A stretch of DNA of 64,000 nt. It comes from Scyliorhinus canicula (lineage: Eukaryota). The stretch lies in the NCBI RefSeq assembly GCF_902713615.1, contig NC_052165.1:5986784-6050783 (forward strand), given 5' to 3'. The notes below the pieces were generated by a model. That model saw nothing but the letters and a program-made list of their open reading frames with translations. It made no database searches and was not told the DNA's origin. A program made the translations under genes and the position numbers. Shown in pieces: positions 1 to 12,640 of this stretch (within the stretch, counting starts at the first letter, position 1; each line of letters begins with the position of its first letter).

Positions 1-652
1 TGGCGGGGGCGGAGTATGAATGCTGGGCAAGACACCAGGAAAACCACCTGCTTGCGGTTCAATAGTTCTCCAGGATATGTTGCAGGCAGTTAAAGCATTA
101 GCTTAACTTGTTATCTGATTCATAGCAAACCCTCAGCTCTTCACTACATTGTGATATAAACCAAAGTTCTAGAATAGTGGGAATCAATCAAGCAGAATGT
201 CACATACTGCTAAGAACTGTAAATAAGAATGGAATCAACAAAGGTTCAGTAAAACCTAATTTAAATTCAATAGAAACCAGCACATAAGTCCTTTTTTTAG
301 CGTATCTTCACACACATTTTTTCCCCTTGGGGAGTAATGGGGAAGTGGTGCAAAAATTCCTGTGTTGATTATCAACGTTCTTTCCATGGTCGACAAGTCC
401 TGGCGCTAGACTTGAACCCAGAGCTTCTGGTGTAGAGGTAGAGATGCTACCACTGGGCCACAAAACCTCCTCAGACGGTCCACTAAAAATGTTGCAACAG
501 ACTTGAATCTTGCAATGATAGGGGTACAGAGAGGGGAAACAGACGCTGTGGAATGGGGATCAAACTCTTCCTCACTACTCTGTTACACCACAGAGTACAT
601 TTTCACATCCCATCCGCCATTAGACCCATGGGGACAGGAATCATGCCTGGGT

Positions 653-1129
653 TGTCTTGTTATGCTCTTAGCGTAGCATAAGCTGCTTCCTTGATGTGCA
701 CTCTGACAAAGGAAGGTTCAGACATGGAGATAACTTCAACACGTTTATTGAACTATTTACAATTCTCCTACTCGGGTTCGCCACTACTGTTAATCCTTCT
801 ATAGCCACTCAGACGGACGAACTAGTCTGCTACAATCCACGTGGTGGGTGTGATGTCGCATAAACCCTGTGTCTGTACTCACTGAGTGTCTCCACTGGAA
901 AGAGGAAGATCATGTGCATTGTGTCCTTTATATATGGGTTGGTGTAATGCCCTCCTGTGGTCATGTCACCTCCGTGTGTATCGTGAATGCCCATTGGTCA
1001 TGTACTATCTTACTGACCTATTGGTTGAGTGTCTGTGTGTCATGTCTCTGGTGCTCCCTCTAGTGTCTATCTAGTTTGCGTGTAGTTACATTAACCCCTT
1101 GTGTATCTACAGTGATGCATATCACCACA
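653..1129 (-). mobile_element. Solo LTR (477 bp) with 5-bp TSD
   Basis: TGT...ACA termini; perfect TGGGT duplication at 648-652 and 1130-1134. Minus-strand TATA-like (~928) and AATAAA (~744). Confidence 0.8.
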
Positions 1130-1715
1130 TGGGTGGCATACCAGGACGGCATGGACACTGCCAGGGATTGGGCCCAGGGTGCACTGCCTTTAAGAGTGGG
1201 GTGAGGGGAGGGGGTGCTTAAGAACCCCAAGAGGTAAGGTGGGAAAGATGGCCAGGGTGGGGCAGGGGTTCTGGAGGCCGTGGTGGAGGACCGAGGTGTT
1301 GGGGGGGGGGGGGGGGGGGGGGGGGGTGCATTGAAAGATCCGCGAGTCACCTTCCTGCACTAACGAGCTCAGGTAAGTGCGGCCTCACTGGGGTGTTCCC
1401 GACTGACACCCAGCCAAACAGCAGAGTCCCGCTAGACAGCAGCACCGCAGGTGTCGAGAAACACTCGGCTTTACGGGCCCAAAACGGGACTTTTTTTTGT
1501 GTGTTAAATCACACCCATCTTCCAAAAGATGTTCGATAAAGTGTCACGCAATCGGCTTGCCAACGAAACTGAAGTCCTTTGAACAAGCAGGACAGTGGCA
1601 GCAAGGATACAGGTTGGCTGAGTGACAGGACGCTGCGAGTATCATTGAACGGTTGTTTCGCAGACTGGAGGAAGCTTGGCACTGCGCCTCCCCATGGACA
1701 GTACGAGAAACGTGA

Positions 1716-1975
1716 GGCTGGATTCTCTGATCCTGAGTACGCCTTAATAAAGTGTCGTCGCCGTCGTAAACGCCGTTGTGTTTCACGATGGTGTCAACAG
1801 GCCCTCAGGAGCAGTGATTCCGAGCCCCTCTGTGGGCCAGCACGGCACTGGAGCGGCCCAGGCCCAGGCCCAGGCCCAGGCCGCTCCACCTGCCGATGCC
1901 GGCGTCAAATGGGCGCCGCGGATCTCCGCATGCACAGTGGGCGGTGGCTCCCTTCTCTGCCCCGGCCCCGACACC
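1716..1975. mobile_element. Partial GC-rich MITE-like element (family X)
   Basis: Starts GGCTGGATTCTCTGATCCTGAG and is colinear with 22275-22530. Confidence 0.65.
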
Positions 1976-1984
1976 TGGCCTAAC

Positions 1985-3345
1985 TCTGGCCTTCTCCTCC
2001 TGAGGTGGTCAAGATGTTTCCGCATCGTAAGTCCACACGTCTTCACCCTAGTAAGAGCCCAGCCTGGTCTGCTGTACCACTGTTCCTGGAATCCATCGGG
2101 CACCGTCCCCAAAGTTTCGGGCACCGTGACCCCCGGTGCAAAATTCCTAGTCCGCGACCACCCACCTTGGCTTTCCATCCGTAATTTCCTGCCAATATCG
2201 GGGAACGCAAGGCTGGGACGGGTCCTTGGCCTCCGGCCCATCAGCAGTTCCGTCGGTCACGGCATTGCGGCTGGTCCAACAGCTAAACAAAAATCGCTTG
2301 TGCGTCTCAATGGATCCTGTGGTCTATTTCCTCATCCTTCTCTTGAAGGTCTGCACCGCTTGGTGGGCCAGCCCATTCGGGGAAGGGTGATGCGGGGCTT
2401 CGGGGAAGGGTCAGATGGGGCTTCGAGGAAGGGTGAGATGGGGCTTCGGGGAAGGGTGATATGGGGCTTCGGGGAAGGGTGATATGGGGCTTCGGGGAAG
2501 GGTGATATGGGGCTTCGGGGAAGGGTGATATGGGGCTTCGGGGAAGGGTGATATGGGGCTTCGGGGAAGGGTGATATGGGGCTTCGGGGAAGGGTGATAT
2601 GGGGCTTCGGGGAAGGGTGATATGGGGCTTCGGGGAAGGGTGAAATGGGGCTTCGGGGAAGGGTCAGATGGGGCTTCGGGGAAGGGTGATATGGGGCTTC
2701 GGGGAAGGGTGAAATGGGGCTTCGGGGAAGGGTGACATGGGGCTTCGGGGAAGGGTGATATGGGGCTTCGGGGAAGGGTGATATGGGGCTTCGGGGAAGG
2801 GTGATATGGGGCTTCGGGGAAGGGTGAAATGGGGCTTCGGGGAAGGGTGACATGGGGCTTCGGGGAAGGGTGACATGGGGCTTCGGGGAAGGGTGATATG
2901 GGGCTTCGGGGAAGGGTGATATGGGGCTTCGGGGAAGGGTGAGATGGGGCTTCGGGGAAGGGTGAGATGGGGCTTCGGGGAAGGGTCAGATGGGGCTTCG
3001 GGGAAGGGTGAGATGGGGCTTCGGGGAAGGGTGATATGGGGCTTCGGGGAAGGGTGATATGGGGCTTCAGGGAAGGGTGATATGGGGCTTCGGGGAAGGG
3101 TGATATGAGGCTTCGGGGAAGGGTGATATGAGGTTCTGCGGATGTGTTACACCCCCTTTGCCTTCATAAATTGTTCGATTTGTCGCTGGTGAACGGAGTG
3201 CTGTTGTCTGTCACTAGCATCTCTGGGATGCCATGGGGGCTGAAAGAGTGTCTTAGCTTCTCAACGGTGGCCTTCGACATGGTGAACGACATCTGATGGA
3301 CTTCCAGCCCCTTGGAAGGGTCTGGCAAAGTCAGCATGCATGCGT
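1985..3345 (-). mobile_element. Gypsy LTR-retrotransposon integrase relic, interrupted by a minisatellite
   Basis: Minus strand reads ...FSPHGIPEMLVTDNSTPFTS...HIRRTSYHPSP[array]NGLAHQAVQTFK...MGRRPRTR...RKHLDHLRRR, with frameshifts and stops. Confidence 0.8.
2378..3132. repeat. 23-bp minisatellite GGGGCTTCGGGGAAGGGTGATAT, ~33 copies
   Basis: Directly visible tandem array with minor variants (GAAAT, GACAT, GAGAT, CAGAT). Confidence 0.95.
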
Positions 3346-3439
3346 TCGTAGAATTACATATTTACAAGTAACTGTCCAATCCCAGCCGGGATGACTCTGC
3401 GGAATGGCTCCCACCTGGGCCGATCTTTATGGTACTGAG

Positions 3440-4662
3440 TTAACCAGCCCACGAGGAGGTCACAAAGGTGATTGATGCAGGTAGGGCAGTGGATGTTGTC
3501 TACATGGACTTCCGTAAGGTCTTTGACAAAGTCCCTCATGGCAGTCTGGTACAAAAGGTGAAGTCACACGGGATCAGGGGTGAGCCGGCAAGGTGGATTC
3601 ACAACTGGCTAGGTCATAGAAGGCAGAGAGTAGCAATGGAAGGGTGCTTCTCCGATTGGAGGGCTGTGACTAGTGGTGTTCTGCAGGATTCAGTGCTGGG
3701 ACCTTTGCTGTTCGTAGTATATATAAATGATTTGGAGGAAAATATAACTGGTCTGATTAGTAAGTTTACAGACGACAAAGGTTGGTGGAATTGCGGATAG
3801 CGATGAGGACTGTCAGAGGGTACAGCAGGATTTAGATCGTTTGGAGACTTGGGCGGAGAGATGGCAGATGGAGTTTAATCCGAACAAATGTGAAGTATTG
3901 CATTTTGGAAGGTCTAATGCAGGTAGGGAATATACAGAGAATGGTAGAACCCTCAAGAGTATTGACAGTCAAAGAGATCTAGGTGTATAGGTCCATAGGT
4001 CACTGAAAGGGGTAACACAGGTGGAAATGGTAGTCAAGAAGGCATACGGTATGCTTGCCTTCATTGGCCGGGGCATTGAGTATAAAAATTGGCAAGTCAT
4101 GTTGCAGCTGTATAGAACCTTAGTTAGGCCACACTTGGAGTATAGTGTTCAATTCTGGTCGCCACACTATTGGAAGGATGTGGAAGCTTTCAGAGGGTGC
4201 AGAAGAGATTTACCAGGATGTTGCCTGGTATGGAGGGCATTAGCAATGAGGAGAGGTTGAATAAACTCGGTTGAGGGGCGATGTGATAGAGGTCTACAAA
4301 ATGATGAGGGGCATAGACAGAGTGGATATTCAGATACTTTTTCCCAGGGTGGAGGGGTCAATTACTAGGGGACATAGGTTTAAGGTGTGAGGGGCAAGGT
4401 TTAGAGGAGATGTGCGAGGTAAGTTTTTTTACACAGAGGGTAGTGGGTGCCTGGAACTCGCTGCCGGAGGAGGTGGTGGAAGCAGGAACGATTGTGACGT
4501 TTAAGGGGCATCTTGACAAATACACGAATAGGATGGGAATAGATGGATACGGACCCCGGAAGAGTAGAAAATTTTCATTTCGACGGGCAGCATGGTCGGC
4601 GCGGGCTTGGAGGGCCGAAGGGCCTGTTCCTGTGCTGTACTTTTCTTTGTTCTTTGTTCTAT
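3440..4662 (+). mobile_element. CR1 LINE, 5'-truncated (RT to 3' tail)
   Basis: VDVVYMDFRKVFDKVPH...SGVLQDSVLGPLLF...RPHLEYSVQFWSP; ends with GGGCCGAAGGGCCTG and a (TTCTTTG)n tail. Confidence 0.92.
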
Positions 4663-5385
4663 GAGGCTCATGGGGAGATTAATCGGGGGGTCTCTGTCGG
4701 TCTCGTGGGGATTATAACAGGGTGAGGGAAATGGTGGGTCAGGGAGGAAAATCAAGAGGTGAATTATTACACCATCTGTAAATTATACTCCATACCAGAT
4801 TGGGGGGGGGTGATGATGAGGTGGGATTTAATCAGGCAGGGCTGTGCCATCACCCTGGGTGGTTTCAGCGGCGCCAGTCACCACAGTGACAGATTCTCCT
4901 TTGACTTTCCCCCCTCTCAGTTAGCATTCCTCTCTCTCTGCCACCCCCTCTAAGTTAATTCAGGCACTTTCCAGCTCCGAACATTTCAACGATAGTCCCA
5001 TCTAAATACTTTCGCTAGCTATCAGATGGAATGTTGAAGTCGGGCTGGATCCTGGGGATAGGAATTCAGAAGAATGTAGCCATGTTTAATCGCCGATGGC
5101 CCCGACACAGAACTGAGATAGGTCGCCGAGACCAGAGTAATGTTTGTAGCTTTTCCCTGTATATTGTGTAATGATAATCAAATGCTTACGGTCTATTCCC
5201 TTCACCCAGTACCTTTCGTGTTGCCGCCTCGCAGGCAGTTAAATGCAACATTCTGTGAAATAGGAGTGTAATCCCAAATTGGAAGGAAGGTTGTCCATTA
5301 AGCAGATTGCGTGCCTGGGAATTTGCAGGTTTCCTCCGTCAGGTGAACTGTGGGGACTTTGAACCATTTGTTGTTTTTTTCGCAG

Positions 5386-5513
5386 TGTTTCAATTTTGAT
5401 GTCCGCCAACTGCACTGGCCCGAATACATTGAAAATTATTGCATAGGAACGAAGAAATATGTGCTGAATGAAGACATGTCTGGACTTCCTGCAGCAAGAC
5501 AGCACCTCAAGAA
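5386..5513 (+). CDS. FAR2: Fatty acyl-CoA reductase (FAR1/FAR2 family), penultimate coding exon
   Basis: Acceptor ttttttcgcag and donor AA|gtgagt; 128 bp. Translates [42 protein letters not shown](K), matching the FAR C-terminal domain. The symbol is assigned from adjacency to ERGIC2; the peptide itself is closer to FAR1. Confidence 0.9.
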
Positions 5514-5562
5514 GTGAGTCCAGGCGCCTTCACCCTCTGCTCTGCCTTTCTCTTGCAAAACT

Positions 5563-5723
5563 TAATAATAATAATCGCGTATTGTCACAAGTAGGCTTGA
5601 AAAGCCCCTAGTCGCCACATTCCGGCGGCTGTTCGGTTGGCCGGTACGGGAATTGAACCCGCGCTGCTGGCCTTGTTCTGCATCACACGCCAGCTGTTTA
5701 GTCCTCTGTGCTAAACCAGCTCC
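5563..5723 (-). mobile_element. Short tRNA-derived SINE with tail B
   Basis: Head GCTGGTTTAGCAC...GGTTCAATTCCCGTACC; tail GCCTACTTGTGACAAT plus (ATT)n. Confidence 0.75.
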
Positions 5724-5992
5724 TTGTTTGGGAGGAAAAGGAAACTTTTCAAGTAAACAGCATCAATAATAACTCGCCACCACATCCTCCACACTTCAGC
5801 TACCCTCTCGTATTTGATCCAGGCATCCAGAGATCAGAACATGGGCTGGATTCAGCTTCCGTCCCACAGGAAGAATGTTGGGACAATGTGGTGTGTTGTC
5901 AGCTGATGACAAAATAGCCCTGGGTCATCATTCAGTGATTCTTCACATGTAATCCATAACTTCTGGGTTCCCCAGCCTTGCATTTAGTGATG

Positions 5993-6225
5993 GGCCCGGT
6001 TTAGCTCAGTTGGCTGGACAACTGGGTTTGTGATGCAAAGCAAGGCCAGCAACGAGGGTTCGATTCCCGTACCGGCTGAGGTTATTCGTGAAGGCCCCGC
6101 CTTCTCAACCTTGACCCTCGCCTGAGGTGTTGTGACCCTCAGGTTAAATTACCACCAGTCAGTTCTCCCCCTCAAAGGGGAAGGCAGCCTGTGGCCATCC
6201 GGGTACATGGCGACTTTATCTTTTT
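5993..6225 (+). mobile_element. tRNA-derived SINE, same head as the short SINE but a different body and tail
   Basis: A box TAGCTCAGTTGG, B box GGTTCGATTCC; tail ...ATGGCGACTTTATCTT. Confidence 0.7.
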
Positions 6226-7301
6226 ACCCATGATCCGCTGGGAATCCTTCTAGGACGTTCCCACCTGAGAGTTTACCCAGATATTACCCAGAAGCGCTGT
6301 CTTCCTCTGAACAATTACGTTGGGCCGGGAATCATCCGACAGAAGCGATTTAAATGACTAACTTTGGAAGGTCCCGCCAGTTTTACACTCTGAAAGTGTT
6401 AGAGGGAAAAAACGCTTCCAACTCCAGAGTAACTATTTAAACACCCACTTCCCTCCTCCCATACTGAACCCACTCCCTCACAGACTCACCTCACACCCTC
6501 CCTCATCCCGGACCGGAACCTGTAAAGAGGGAATGACTTACCTCCCTGCGTCCCGGTCACCCTGGGGGTGCGTTTCACTGCTCCTGACTCACCCAGCCTG
6601 GGTGAGGAATGCTGGGTGAACATTGCCACTCTGCGGAACTCCTGGGCAACGAAGGGATCCTTCTCACCCACCGTTCCCAAACCTGTCCATTTTACAATAA
6701 CGCAAGTCCTTATTCTCACGGTTACGTTATTTTTATTGCATCTTCCTGCAATTTGCCCGCAGATTTCTTCATCCACCTCCCTCTTGTTTTAGCCGGCACC
6801 CAGTCGCGATGTAGCTGCTCGATCTTTCCTGAATTTTAAAAATATTCAACCAAATGTGTTACCCCCGCATCCCCCTCCCGTGCTAAAATAATTTATTTGA
6901 TTAATGCTGCCATACCTCTCTTATTTGTCCTTCTGTATCTTTCCTGAATACTGTGGATTCAGGAATGGTAAGTAAAAGCCTCTCTTCCTTTGAGCCAGAT
7001 CTTTGTTATTCCCATAGGGAAGAATTAAATGCTCCCCCTGGAGGTGGACTGGAAGGTGGCAAACGAGTGGGGGGGAGTGTGGGGGGGTTTGCGGAGCCGA
7101 GTAATGGGATAGGAAAGTGCAGGATGGAGATCCCAATGCCTTCCTCGGTTTGTCCCAATAAGTCTGCGGTAGCGAAGGGTAGCTACAGCTCCGAGTGCTG
7201 TCAAAGGTGTTGGAGAGCGGCGTACCTCTGGTTGGCCGGCAGTCCTCAGAGGCTGGACTGTGACCTCCGCAACGTGCAGTCCAGCGGGAAATTGCCCCTA
7301 C

Positions 7302-7652
7302 TAGAGAAATACAGCACAGAATAGGCCCTTCGGCCCACGATGTTGTGCAGAACTTTTGTCCCAGGTTAATCATAGAATTTTGGACAATAAGGGCAATTTA
7401 TCATGGCCAATCCACCCAACCTGCACATCTTTGGACTGTGGGAGGAAACCGGAGCACCCGGAGGAAACCCACGCACACACGGGGAGGATGTGCAGACTCC
7501 GCACAGAGACCCAAGCCGGAATCGAACCTGGGACCCTGGAGCTGTGAAGCAATTGTGCTATCCACAATGCTACCGTGCTGCCCTTAAGAAGAAATTAATT
7601 TACACTCCATTATTCTACCGTAATCCATGTACCTATCCAATAGCCGCTTGAA
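7302..7652 (-). mobile_element. CR1 3' end with embedded V-SINE (composite copy 1)
   Basis: Reverse complement is colinear with 21210-21700, including both SINE junctions. Confidence 0.85.
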
Positions 7653-8056
7653 TGTACTGTTGGGGCTTAACCCTGGCACGGCTCCTGGAAATGGCCGCAG
7701 CGGAGTCACCACCAGCTATCTAGTTGCTGGACGGGACCCAGCACAGCAACTAATAGATTTCATGCCTACCTCCATACAGCTACTTGTACCTGCGATCACC
7801 AAGCCGATTTTCCATGCCCCTTACGTTCACGCTTCCTGCGCTCCAAAGCTCTGTGCATCTTCTCTCGTGCTTTGTCCCGCCCCTGGCCAATTCTGTTTCA
7901 GCCTTCCCTCACATCACAAATTAACCTCACTGTGAGGCCGTTGGCCCCACCCCTGCTGTGACGAAGCCTGACCAACTCCTCCAGGTCCCTCCTGCCCCAC
8001 AACTGGCCCCAATGCCACAGGACTTCACCAACTCTGCAGACATCCATTGACCTGTT

Positions 8057-8350
8057 TTACCCCATTTCCCCAATGCTCACTGGCGCGTGGACCTGGAGCA
8101 ATCCAGCGATTGCTACCTTTGAGGTCCTGATTTTTAACGACCTCTTTACCCTTTTCCTCCATTCAAAGTTTGAGGGAAACATTTGAAGCCCTCTGTGATT
8201 GCTTCCCAAATGGACCAGGACTTCCAGCTGATCTCCCACCCATCTCAAAGTGTTGGGAATACTTCCATGGAGATCCTGCCACCTGGGAGGTGACACAAGC
8301 CTGGTGTCTTTCAGCATCTGACTATTGAATCCCCTATCGCCGTGCATTTG
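8057..8350 (-). mobile_element. CR1 ORF1 (esterase-like) fragment
   Basis: QLEVLVHLGSN...SLKIRTSKVAIAGLL resembles the CR1 ORF1p SGNH-type domain. Confidence 0.6.
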
Positions 8351-8574
8351 AAAAGAACAAAAGTCAGGTTTATGCTTTAGGGGTAGATGTCTCGCCAGAA
8401 CTGTAATCCAAACCATGGAGAGAAATGTTAAATGGAGGGTCAGTGCAGATGGACACTGCTGGCTGCATTCACACTGGGGAAGAAAGTTTATCTGCCAGGG
8501 AATGGCGCAGTTGGGCACAAGGGTGGCAACTTAATGTGTGGCAATGAAACTTTGAAATTGAATTCAAAAAGACT

Positions 8575-8805
8575 GGGCCGGATTCTCTGAGCCCAGTCTG
8601 GCCGGGCCGGAGAATCGCCGCGAATCGTGCCACGCTGCCCGCGTCGGCACGCGAATCGGCACCATTGGCTCCGGTCAGGGCCGCTCTACAGGCCTCCCCC
8701 CCCCCCGATTCTCCGCCCGGGATGGGCCGAGCGGCCGTACCAAGCCGTTCTAACCTGGTCTAACCCGGCAGGACCTCAGTGTGGAAGGATCCGGGGGCGG
8801 CCTGT

Positions 8806-8839
<34 letters not shown>

Positions 8840-9240
8840 AGGGGGGGGGGTCCGACCCCGGGGGGGGGGGGAGCCTCTGCTGTGGCCTGGCCCATGATCG
8901 GGGCCCACCAATCGGCGGGCTGGCCTCTCGGGCTGGGGGGCCTCCTTTGTTCTGTGCTGGTCCCTGTAGCCCTACGCCATGTTGTGTCGGGGCCGGCGCA
9001 GAGAAGGGAGACGCCGCGCACGCGCAGAAATCGCGCTGGTCCCACTGCGCATGCGCGGACCTGCGGCCCCGATCTGACACTAGGATCAGCAGCTGGAGCG
9101 GTGTGGGTCACCCCAGTGCCATGATGGCCCCCTGTCGGGGTCAGAATTGCTCCTCCTGAGGCCATGTTGACGCCGTCAGGAAAAGCAACGGCGTTTACGA
9201 CGCCGTCAACACTTAGCCTCAGGATCAGAGAATCCCGCCC
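8575..9240. mobile_element. Full-length GC-rich MITE-like element (family X)
   Basis: Terminal inverted repeats GGGCCGGATTCTCTGA / TCAGAGAATCCCGCCC; inverted homolog at 22275-22937; no coding capacity. Confidence 0.75.
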
Positions 9241-9555
9241 CCTATTCTTAAGGAGCAAAGAATCCTGAGTCATTTTGCCTCAGGTGTCACCTTACAGTTA
9301 ACCTCACGCACGCTACATGCAGTGACGGCATCTCCAGGAACTGACCCATTTTAAAGAAGGGCTCAAGGATATCAGAGGAACTGTTGCAGAGTGTGTCGCA
9401 ATTTGTGCCTGTCAAACTTTTTTCAATAAAATAATTTAGTTACCTGAATTGTGGATAATTTACAAAATGCAAAGAGATGTCCTGTGCACGTACTTTACAA
9501 TCCCAGCACAGCGTGAAAAGCGCACTGACCTCTGGAACCTTTCCTCTCTTCACAG

Positions 9556-9718
9556 GCTACGAAACATCCGCTTTGCCTTCAACACCATTCTCCTCGTCGT
9601 CCTCTGGCGAGTTTTCATTGCTCGATCACAAATGGCTCGCCACATCTGGTACTTTGTGGTGAGCCTGTGCTACAAATTCCTGTCCTACTTCAGGGCATCC
9701 AGTACTCTCCGGTACTGA
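9556..9718 (+). CDS. FAR2: Fatty acyl-CoA reductase, terminal coding exon (TM tail anchor)
   Basis: Acceptor ttcctctcttcacag; phase fits the previous exon (AA+G=Lys). Translates [53 protein letters not shown], the characteristic FAR C-terminus; 163 bp. Confidence 0.92.
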
Positions 9719-10700
9719 GGTCTGCCCCGCGGGGCACACTGCAAATTGAGGAACCTCAGTTTGCTCCAAACGACAAGCAATCCTTCAGGAATACCCCTGT
9801 CCCAAAAAAAGGCCTCAAGACTTCGCAAGCCACTGTAAGGAAAGTGATACGACTCTGCATTCCAACATAATCCAACTACACACTGCCAATGTTATAATAA
9901 AGAAAAATAATATTTTCACGCCAAGCATATGCTGGTGTGATGCTCTGGTTTTCTAGCACTACCACCTTGATCAGATTGACAACGTAAAGAGTTTTTCAAT
10001 GTCTGTATTTCTACACACTGTCTTGCAATACCCTGGCTTGATTTTACAGGAAATTACTGGAATGGATTGTCAAGTACAAATTGTCTCTCCTGCGCCATTA
10101 TATTTTGGATGCAGGGCCTTATTCAGGAAAGGAACCTGCACAGTGTATATAACTGGCAGTCCCCGTGCATTCAAGGCTGGTTTTGTAAGCAGTTATCTTT
10201 GTGAATAGGGCCCATTGTACAGTTAATGTAAGAGGAAAGTAACTTTCCGGCAATAACACGATAACGTTCCACTTCTTGGTGCTAAAATGGCAAATGATAG
10301 CTTAACAAACATTGCTGGGTGTTTTACACTTGTAAAATGTATATAAAAGTTGACACTTGACCAAAATTTCTGAATTTGTTTCTAATATTTTGCCGAAAGT
10401 CACCTTTTCCCCTCCCCCTCCCCAAGTTTGCCGACCTGCGACCTTGGCAGGAGACCTTGGCACCAACACACCACATTTTTATGACAACAGAATAAAACTA
10501 ACTGAGACGTGAGACTCACTCTGCTCTGCTTTGTGCCTGACCCAGAATCAATAGAGAAAGGTATTCAAGGTTTTATCATGAACCCAAGGCGTTTCCTGAT
10601 CAGGTAGGTGGGGGGCGGGGAGGGGGGGGGGGGGGAACGTTTGTTGTGTGTGATGATCATTGTAGAGACTGATAACTTTAAAAAATAAACGCAAACTTCC
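9719..10700 (+). promoter_or_regulatory. FAR 3' UTR with candidate polyadenylation signals
   Basis: Non-repetitive AT-rich sequence after the stop. AATAAA at ~9896, ~10491 and ~10684; which one is used cannot be determined. Confidence 0.5.
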
Positions 10701-11504
10701 GGTTAATAGCCAAAAGGATGGCATGACAAGATTTGATGTTTTAAGACATTTACTGTAAAAGCACTATTGACTAAACATTGTTTGTAGGTAACTTGCACTT
10801 TCAAATGCAGAGCAGACCTTTTAACACAATCATAAAAATCCACTATCGCTGATGTGTTACTGTCCTTTAAGTAGACATTTAATTTCCTGAGAATCAATCC
10901 AGAAAATGGTACTGAACTCCTGGGAGTTTACCTCCGGACTTTTTCTCTCACAGCCTGGATACTTTTCAATCCAGACCTGTCTTTCATGGTGCAAGTTTCC
11001 CTGGAGACTTCTCCCCCTGGCCAAAGCTAGGTAAATTATCCAGCCTCATTTTAACTCTTCAATAACTTGGCCTTTCCATTCCATGCAAGAGTTCCCACCT
11101 GCATTCCTGAGCAGTGAACCGCAGGGACTTTCAGCCTCTAGCTGTCCTTCCTTTCGCCTGGACCCTGGCAGATTAACCTGTCTGTGATAATCAGTGATAT
11201 TTTAGGAAAGCTTAATCTGATATTATAATGGTTTCCTTTGTGCACTCCCCATCTCAAAGCCTATCACCAGGCAAAGTGAATCACATGGACATTGTATCCA
11301 GGTAGAGATGCTGATAGCTATTCTTGAGACCTTGACTCCCAACTTGAAAGTCAATGGACAGTTAAAAATACAATTGTTTACAGCCCAACATTCTTAATGC
11401 TTTTCTGGGACTTTGGAGAATGAGCCCACCTACTGTTATCTCACGGACTGCTGCCATTGCCTCCAAATGTAAACATCTTGCACCATCTGCCCGGAAAGCA
11501 ATCT

Positions 11505-12640
11505 GAACAAAGAACAATACAGCACAGGAACAGGCCCTTCGGCCCTCCAAGCCTGTACCGGTCATGATACCAAACTTTGCCAAAACCCTTGGCACTTCCT
11601 GGTGCTGTATCCCTCTTTACCCATCCTATCCATGTGTTTGTCAAGGTGCCTTTTGAAAGCCGTTAATATGTCTGTTTCTAAAACCTTCCCTGGCATCGCA
11701 TTCCAGGCACTCACCACCCTCTGCGTAAAAAACCTGCCTCACACATCTCCTCTAAACTTTGCCCCATGGACCTTAAACCTATGCCCCCTGGTGACTGACC
11801 CCTCCACCTTGGGAAAGAGTGCCTGCCCATCCACTCTATCCATGCCCCTCATAATCTTGTAGACCTCTATGAGGTCACCCCTCAACCTCCGTCTATCTAA
11901 TGAAAACAGTCGGAGTCTATTCAGCCTCCACATAGCTAACACCCTCCAGACCAGGGAACATCCTGGTAAACCTCCTCTGCATCCTCTTCAAAACCTCCAC
12001 ATCCTTCTGGTAGTGTGTTGACCAGAATGGTGCGCAATATTCCAAGTGCGGCCTTACCAAAGTTCTTCACAACTGTAGAATGACTTGCCAGTTTTTATAC
12101 TCGATGCCCCATCCAATGAAGACAAGCATTCCGTCTGCTTTCTTTACTCCCTTGTCCACTTGTGTTGCCACCTTCAAAGATATGTATGCCCAGTTCTCTC
12201 TGACTTTCTATATTCCTAAGTGTTTTGCCATTTACAGTATATTTCCCCTCTGTGTGAGACCTAACAAAATGCATTACCTCACATTTGTCCAGATTAAACT
12301 CCATTTGCCATTTCCCTGCCCATATCTCCAACCTATCTATATCCTGCTGTATCCTCTGACAATCCTCAACACTATCTGCCACTCCACCAGCCTTGGTGAC
12401 ATCTGCAAATTTACTAATCAGGCCAGCTACACTTTCCTCCAAATCATTTATGTACACCACAAACAACAGAGGCCCCACAGATCCCTTTGGTCACAACCTT
12501 CCACTAGTCACAACCTTCCATTCAGAAACACACCTTTCTACTGACACCCTTTGCCTTCTGTGACCGAGCCAGTTCTGCATCCAATTTACCACATCACCTC
12601 TCATCCCGTGTGACTTCACCTTTTGTACCAGTCTGCTATC
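11505..12640 (-). mobile_element. CR1 LINE, 5'-truncated
   Basis: GPLLFVVYINDLEE...KFAD...KWQMEFNLDKCEVMHF and RRLRGDLIEVYKIMRG; CR1 tail at the left end. Confidence 0.92.

Noticed and set aside
1301-1325. Long poly-G/poly-C runs throughout the window
   Set aside because: Mostly inside repeats, and homopolymer lengths are unreliable in assemblies.
2332-2876. Pro-rich repetitive ORFs and a CRISPR-like look of the array
   Set aside because: Pure tandem 23-mers with no unique spacers; the ORFs are by-products of the minisatellite in eukaryotic DNA.
8627-9273. Overlapping 100-220 aa GC-rich ORFs (also at 22.3-23.0 and 26.3-27.2 kb)
   Set aside because: They lie in MITE-like repeats; high GC suppresses stops, and frames are not conserved between copies.
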